Origin: Patescibacteria group bacterium
GTDB taxonomy: Bacteria; Patescibacteriota; Patescibacteriia; JAHIZJ01
NCBI GenBank assembly: GCA_028714495.1
Contig: JAQTMH010000006.1
Span: 1-55,169, forward strand
DNA: 55,169 nt
Direction: 5' to 3'
The translations under genes were made by a program, and so were the position numbers. Each line of letters starts with the position of its first letter. The stretch's first letter is position 1. Below, piece after piece: positions 46,401 through 52,257 of this stretch. The notes under the pieces were generated by a model. That model did not search any database, was not told the origin of the DNA, and saw only the letters and a list, made by a program, of their open reading frames with translations.

Positions 46401-46896
46401 AGGCGCCGCGGTTAGGAATTATCTTGGCGCCATAGAAACGCCGGCCACGATAAAACTCCGAAGTGAAAAAAACCCCAGCTGAACGAATTAGCTGGGAAAC
46501 CACTACGCGCTCGATCCCGTTAATAGTAAAAGTACCCCGGTCAGTCATAATCGGGAAATCGCCCAGATAAACTTCCTGTTCCTTTATTTCGCCAGTTTTT
46601 TTATTGACTAGCTTGGTATTGACGCGGAGAGCCGCCTCAAAAGTCAGATTTTTCGACTTGGCCGTACGTTCATCGAATCTTGGCTCGTCGAGATAATAGT
46701 CGGTAAAGTATAACTCAAGATTCCGGCCCATATGTTCGCGGACCGGCGAGACTTCCTCGAAGAGCTCTTTTAAGCCCTCGCGGAAAAACCAATCATAAGA
46801 TTTCCTCTGTATCTCAATAAGATTGGGCAGAGGGATAACCTCGCGGAGCGGATTAAAAAATTTCCGCTCTAATTTCGTCGTATGAGAATAATACAT
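43468..46896 (-). CDS. rpoB: DNA-directed RNA polymerase subunit beta
   Basis: [37 protein letters not shown] and a Lys/Glu-rich tail. 1142 aa. Confidence 0.97.
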   Translation of the reverse strand: [1142 protein letters not shown]

Positions 46897-47006
46897 AAAA
46901 ACTCTCCCGTCTCCGGCCTGCTAGAGACGGTTTTGGTGGGCTTTATTCAAAGTCCTTAAAAATTCTCAAATCGATACCCCAAAAAGGGGTGAAATGTCAT
47001 GAATTG

Positions 47007-47034
47007 ATAATAACACTATTTTCGGAGTTGTCAA
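47007..47034 (-). promoter_or_regulatory. Candidate promoter of rpoBC
   Basis: On the minus strand: TTGACA - 16 nt - TATTAT, about 105 nt upstream of the rpoB ATG. Confidence 0.45.
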
Positions 47035-47272
47035 GAATTACCTGAAATTAGCCAATAAATATTACTCATTTGGCTAATATTAGGCAAATAGTATATTATT
47101 TTCTCTAAAATAATAAATCAAACCAGATCTAATTGCCCAGAGGTTATAAACCCCTTATTGATAACTTATCCACAATGTTTTATTGATTTTTTGGTCAATT
47201 CAGCTCAGGAACATTCGACATCGGTTTATAAACCCAACACCTTGAAAGGTTCGGTCTTGTATATTTGTTACC

Positions 47273-50200
47273 CTATTGCTCTAAGCTATTCAGACGATTA
47301 GTCAGATTGTCAATCTCTTGTTGCTGTTTTTCAATCATCTGATTTTGCTCCTGGATGGCTTTTACCATCGGCGCTATAAGGTCATCATATCTGAGAGAAC
47401 GAGTTTGATTTTCATCATTTTCGATCGAAACCAAATTCACCTCATCAGGAGAAACTAACTTCTCAATGTCTTGGGCTATAAATCCATAGTCGGTTTTCCC
47501 ATTACCGTTGATCATTGAATACTGAACTGGCCGAAGTTTATTGATGAAACTGAGACCGAGTGCGCTATCCTGAATGTCTTTCTTTAGGCGAAGATCAGAG
47601 TCGGTTGACCATGCAACGTGGCCTCGAATCAGCGTGACACTGGCATTGCCGACTCTGACCATATCAGATTGGGTAGCTTGAGCCCCATTGCCGAGCGAAG
47701 TTGTATTCCAATAAGCCGCAGCATTCGGTCCTGCTTGATAACCTAGAGCCGTGTTCCAACTTCCCGACGTGTTCGTGATGAGTGCTTCATATCCGATGGC
47801 GGTATTCATGCTACCCGTAGTGGCAAAAGCAGCTTTATAACCAAGCGCGCTGTTTTCAGCATTTGTATTATTCATAAGAGCCTGAGCACCGACGGCAGTA
47901 TTGCCTGTGGTGTAGCCGGTATAAAATAGCGCACGATCACCTACGGCGGTATTACTACCACCAGTGGTGGCTTGCATCAGAGCGCGATACCCAAGGGCAG
48001 TGTTCTTAGTACCAGTAGTGTTGTTATTAAGGGAGCCTTCACCTACAGCAGTATTATCAGAACCCGTGGTGTTGTATTCGAGAGATGTGTATCCAATAGC
48101 AGTGTTCGCATCGTCTGTATTTAATTGAAGCGCCGCAAGGCCAACAGCGACGTTATATGATCCCGTGACACTCGATTTGAGGGCATACCGACCAATAGCC
48201 ACGTTTTGCCCTCCACCGTTATTAGACGTAAAAGCGTCATTCCCAAAAACCGTATTGGACTCGCTTGATGCTGGACCACGCCCCGCACGAATGCCATTGA
48301 TCATGATGTCCGCACCACTGAAGTATCCAGCCCAGGAATTAGTGCCAGTAGCTGAACCGTAGATACCGGCAACCGTTGCGCCGGTTCCGACAACGTTACT
48401 GGCGCTGCCATAGACACCGGCGCAGATTTGGCCAGCTGCGCAAGTTGCTCCGGTTGCTAGCTCGCCATAAACACCGCTGCCGGCGACGGCAGTGCCCATT
48501 TTGAAACCGGATAAAGCATTGTAGTTTGAAGTACTGTCATTATATGTGGCGATTGTGTGGTGTTGACTATAGCGATATGTTGAATTAGCCACCTGGAAAA
48601 GCGGAGCATCAGCAGTTGTAGAATCGTAGATGGTTGTTTCGCCTTGATCGGAGATGGACAAACGCCAGGCGCTTACTGCTTTATCATAGAGACCAAATCT
48701 TTCATCATATTGTAACTGTGTTTCTTTCCAGTTATTCGAACTGACCGCACCTAACTGCACGCTGGAATCGGCGTTTTCGGCAGAAGTGTCGTCAACCGAG
48801 ATTTTCAGCCAGGTATTCATATCCGCACCTTGTCGCGCAATATGAAGTGGTTGATCAGGCGCTATGGTACCGATACCGACTTTTTTCCCAGTATCTGTCG
48901 CGAGATAGGCGTTTCCTTCCGCGACCAAACCGTCATCGCCGACTGCCGGGACACCGCCGTTGGCGTAATCGCCGACGACGAAGCCGTTCGGGCTGTTAAA
49001 CAACATGAGTGAGCTATCGCGCGAGATAAGCTGGTCGTAAGCAGCTCCGGCGGCGCTATCATCAAAGTCTTTTAAGGTGAGATAGGCCGTGGCAAAAATA
49101 GATCCAGCCACGCCGAATTGAGATCCAGCTCCAGCGGTGAAACTCGGACTACCTACCCGGACTAAGCCGGCATCGTCGATCTTCAGCCCTTCGTCCGCAT
49201 CGCCATCATTCGTGATCCAATTTCCGTTCATTTTCAGCCGCTGGGTGGCCGTGTGATTGCCAAGGTTGTCAGCGCTTCCACCCGTGGCGCTGATTTGCAG
49301 GGTTTCATTAGCGCCATTATTTAATTCAGTCAGAGTAATATTTGAACCGGCAACCAGTTTGCCATTGAGATAACCAGCAGTGGTGTCATTAGAGCTGACT
49401 TTAACCAGTTCATCGGTGCCGGTGCCGCCAGCGGTTGCCCAGGTTAAATTTCCACTGCCGTCATTTTTCAGATAGGTATTGGCTCCACCCTGGCTAGCTG
49501 GCCAAACGTAGGAGATATTTTTAATTTTTATCAGATCGCCGCTGGAATTAACCTGAAACAAATCATTATTTCCCACAGTCAGCAGAGAAGCGGGGCTAGG
49601 GTCGCCGATGCCGACTTTGCCGTCATTGGTAATGCGAAATTTTTCGGTCAAATGAGGATCGGTGTCGCCGCCAGTATTGCCCTGACCAGTTGAGACTGTG
49701 AGCACACTAGTCATGCCTAGGTGGACGCCTCGCGATGGATTGCTGCCACCACCGTTATAAGCGCCGCTTGGATTAACGAACTCCCAAGCTGTCCCATTCC
49801 ACTTTATATTGCTGCCGTAGTAGGTATTGCCGCCGGAGTCAGTGCCGAGCTGAAGATAGGTGCTAATGCCAACCCGGCCGGAAAAATATCCGGCGTAACC
49901 AGCGGTGTTATTTTGTTGAGCGTAGAGAGCAGAAGATGTGGTGTTAGCATATGTGGCGATTGCATCACCAGCGCCGCCAGTTCCGCTCTGGTTGTTATTG
50001 ACCACTAATTTCCCCACTGGAGCTACTTGATTAACTCCGACATTGCCGCTAACAACCGTCAGACTGTCAGTCAAGGTTCCATTTACATCCGTGGCCAGGG
50101 TTAGTCTGGTGTCATCGTGCGTATCAGTCGTATACGAAGTAATCGAAGCCCGACCAATATCGTTTTCCGCGCCAGTCGCGCTGATTTCAAACAGCAAGCC

Positions 50201-52126
50201 AGTACCCATGCCTGTTCGGAGGTTTTCAAATGTGTCGCGATGAGTGAGCCTTAGGGGGTAGTCCACATCATTATTAACGGCGACTTCTTCCAGGACCGCG
50301 GTTTCCAGAAGATTTTGTGGAGCATCTGTGCCAATGCCGACATTGGCGTATTTATTGACCAGAAGAGTGGGTATGCTATCCCCAGCCTGGGCAAAAACCG
50401 AAAAGGTATCGCGGCCATGGGGGACGGTCAGATAAGCAGTGGCGCCTGTGCTCGGCCCCACGCTGGTATTGACTCTGACCCAGTAGCCACTTATGCCGTT
50501 AACATTAGTTGTTTGCCAGTTGGCTGGGAAGGTATAGGTAACCAACCCATCTTGGCTGAAATTGTTGGTCCCATCATTAACTGCGCTTAAAGACGTCCAA
50601 GAGCTACCATTCCAGTATCTGAAAGATAGGTTCATGCCAGCTCCGGCGGTGGCGAGATCGAAGAAGATTGAATTAAACGGAGCATTGGTTCGGCCAACAT
50701 AGAAATACCAATTGGTATTATTCAGCATGCCGTAGGGAACGCCCCCGCTAATTTTGGCTTCGGTCGCGTTGCTTAGATACGCGCTGCCGTTATAAGCAAA
50801 AACATAATCAAAAGCCTCATTTCTGACTGTCACAAACTGGTCAGCGCCGATTGAGCCGGTGCCTAAGAGCGCGGTTTTGCCGGAAAAGTATCCGCTAAAT
50901 CCATCCGGATCATTTTGTTCCGCATAGATGGCTGAATTATCAGAGCTGTTCTTCACTGCGAGCATGGTTGAATCACCCGTATTGCTCCAGCCGATTCTGA
51001 CCTTAGTTGAAGCTGACTGTAGAGGATAGATATGATCGCCGGCTGCGCCGTCCCAGAGCGAGTCGCCACCACCGCCCGTTGCGTCAATGCGTAGAGTTTC
51101 ATTCGCGCCATTGTTTAGCTCGGTCAGAGTAATATTTGTGCCAGCCACCAGTTTGCCATTGAGATAACCAGCAGTGGTGTCGTTTGAGCTGACTTTAACC
51201 AGTTCGTCGGTTCCGCCAGCGCCGCCTTGATCCGGTCCGCACAGGAGTTTCCCGCTGGCATCCGTGTCTAGAGTCGAATTGCCGGTACAGCCAACAACTC
51301 CAGGCAGGTAAACATCACCATTGGCGGCAACTCTGAATTTATTGGCCCCACTATCCTGGACTAAAAACTCACCCGCTCCATCAAGGTTGAAAGTCAGGTT
51401 ATTCGCTCCCTGGGTGATGGTGGTCGCTCGGTTTAAAGTTCCACCCAACTCAAAGATATTGCCATTTAAAGTTAAACCGTTGTTAGCCGTGTAGGTGGCG
51501 GTTTGCCAACTCTGAATACAGCTATCATTTAGACAGAGGTTAGCTGGCAGTCCGGCTTGGCCGATTCTGACATCCTGGCCAGCCCCTGGCACCAGCTCCC
51601 CATCATCGAAGTTCAAAAACAAGGGCACACCAATTGATTTGATATCCACTCCAGCGTCACTGGGCGCGGCTTTCACCTCCAGTTTTTTCCCATCCGGGCT
51701 GCCATTGTCAATCAGGATTGAGCCGTTATTAGCTCCGGCATTGGTGATTTTCACCTGACTGTAGAGTTCGAGTCGGCTATTGACCTCTTCACCTGGTGAA
51801 AGGTAGACGACATTACCCGCTTCTTCCAGGTGCGGTTTGGCGGGATCGTCAGAATCACTCCAAAAAATACCCCGGTCATCAGTACTGATAAGGACATTTC
51901 CACTGCTCACCTTGAAGGATTCTCCATCAATAGTCAGGCTTCCCAGCTTGGTTTGAGCCGCGCCCGAGACATTGATCGGGGCAGCCACATTGCCTCCTGG
52001 AGCCGCGTCCGTGGGATAGTTCCAGGCCGCCCTGGCCACCCTCAGCCCAATCAGGCTAAAGACACATAAAAAAGCCACCAGAAGAGTTAGTTTTGATAAC
52101 CTGGAGGCTTGGTTGTTTGATTTCAT
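47273..52126 (-). CDS. Giant secreted/anchored fibre-like protein with 14-residue head-type repeats and a C-terminal S74-type intramolecular chaperone domain
   Basis: N-terminal signal/TM (LTLLVAFLCVFSLIGLRVARA) and G/T/N/S-rich beta-type repeats. NTAIGY.AL..NTTG repeats at about 47640-48290. C-terminus DSDLRLKKDI...YGFIAQDIEKLVSPDE...LRYDDLIAPMVKAIQEQ plus a coiled coil. The ORF could also start at the TTG at 52135. Confidence 0.85.
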   Translation of the reverse strand: MKSNNQASRLSKLTLLVAFLCVFSLIGLRVARAAWNYPTDAAPGGNVAAPINVSGAAQTKLGSLTIDGESFKVSSGNVLISTDDRGIFWSDSDDPAKPHLEEAGNVVYLSPGEEVNSRLELYSQVKITNAGANNGSILIDNGSPDGKKLEVKAAPSDAGVDIKSIGVPLFLNFDDGELVPGAGQDVRIGQAGLPANLCLNDSCIQSWQTATYTANNGLTLNGNIFELGGTLNRATTITQGANNLTFNLDGAGEFLVQDSGANKFRVAANGDVYLPGVVGCTGNSTLDTDASGKLLCGPDQGGAGGTDELVKVSSNDTTAGYLNGKLVAGTNITLTELNNGANETLRIDATGGGGDSLWDGAAGDHIYPLQSASTKVRIGWSNTGDSTMLAVKNSSDNSAIYAEQNDPDGFSGYFSGKTALLGTGSIGADQFVTVRNEAFDYVFAYNGSAYLSNATEAKISGGVPYGMLNNTNWYFYVGRTNAPFNSIFFDLATAGAGMNLSFRYWNGSSWTSLSAVNDGTNNFSQDGLVTYTFPANWQTTNVNGISGYWVRVNTSVGPSTGATAYLTVPHGRDTFSVFAQAGDSIPTLLVNKYANVGIGTDAPQNLLETAVLEEVAVNNDVDYPLRLTHRDTFENLRTGMGTGLLFEISATGAENDIGRASITSYTTDTHDDTRLTLATDVNGTLTDSLTVVSGNVGVNQVAPVGKLVVNNNQSGTGGAGDAIATYANTTSSALYAQQNNTAGYAGYFSGRVGISTYLQLGTDSGGNTYYGSNIKWNGTAWEFVNPSGAYNGGGSNPSRGVHLGMTSVLTVSTGQGNTGGDTDPHLTEKFRITNDGKVGIGDPSPASLLTVGNNDLFQVNSSGDLIKIKNISYVWPASQGGANTYLKNDGSGNLTWATAGGTGTDELVKVSSNDTTAGYLNGKLVAGSNITLTELNNGANETLQISATGGSADNLGNHTATQRLKMNGNWITNDGDADEGLKIDDAGLVRVGSPSFTAGAGSQFGVAGSIFATAYLTLKDFDDSAAGAAYDQLISRDSSLMLFNSPNGFVVGDYANGGVPAVGDDGLVAEGNAYLATDTGKKVGIGTIAPDQPLHIARQGADMNTWLKISVDDTSAENADSSVQLGAVSSNNWKETQLQYDERFGLYDKAVSAWRLSISDQGETTIYDSTTADAPLFQVANSTYRYSQHHTIATYNDSTSNYNALSGFKMGTAVAGSGVYGELATGATCAAGQICAGVYGSASNVVGTGATVAGIYGSATGTNSWAGYFSGADIMINGIRAGRGPASSESNTVFGNDAFTSNNGGGQNVAIGRYALKSSVTGSYNVAVGLAALQLNTDDANTAIGYTSLEYNTTGSDNTAVGEGSLNNNTTGTKNTALGYRALMQATTGGSNTAVGDRALFYTGYTTGNTAVGAQALMNNTNAENSALGYKAAFATTGSMNTAIGYEALITNTSGSWNTALGYQAGPNAAAYWNTTSLGNGAQATQSDMVRVGNASVTLIRGHVAWSTDSDLRLKKDIQDSALGLSFINKLRPVQYSMINGNGKTDYGFIAQDIEKLVSPDEVNLVSIENDENQTRSLRYDDLIAPMVKAIQEQNQMIEKQQQEIDNLTNRLNSLEQ

Positions 52127-52173
52127 GGTATTCAAATATTAAGGATAATAATCTATGGTTGAAATTCGCCTTA

Positions 52174-52202
52174 ATTATAATGAAAAATCGAAGAAAATAC
52201 AA
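52174..52202 (-). promoter_or_regulatory. Candidate promoter of giant gene 1
   Basis: On the minus strand: TTGTAT - 17 nt - TATAAT. Confidence 0.35.
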
Positions 52203-52235
52203 AAAACCAGACCGGCTTGGATCCGGTCTTGGTTT
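52201..52235 (-). terminator. Intrinsic terminator after giant gene 2
   Basis: On the minus strand: ACCAAGACCGG-ATCCAAG-CCGGTCTGGT stem followed by TTTTTTGTATTTT. Confidence 0.6.
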
Positions 52236-52257
52236 ATAATAAGTTGTTACAAAGATT

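Noticed and set aside
47166-47174. Perfect DnaA-box consensus TTATCCACA.
   Set aside because: It is a single isolated 9-mer with no cluster of boxes or AT-rich unwinding element nearby. One chance occurrence in a 55-kb, two-strand search is not unlikely. The dnaN end of the window is a more plausible oriC neighbourhood.
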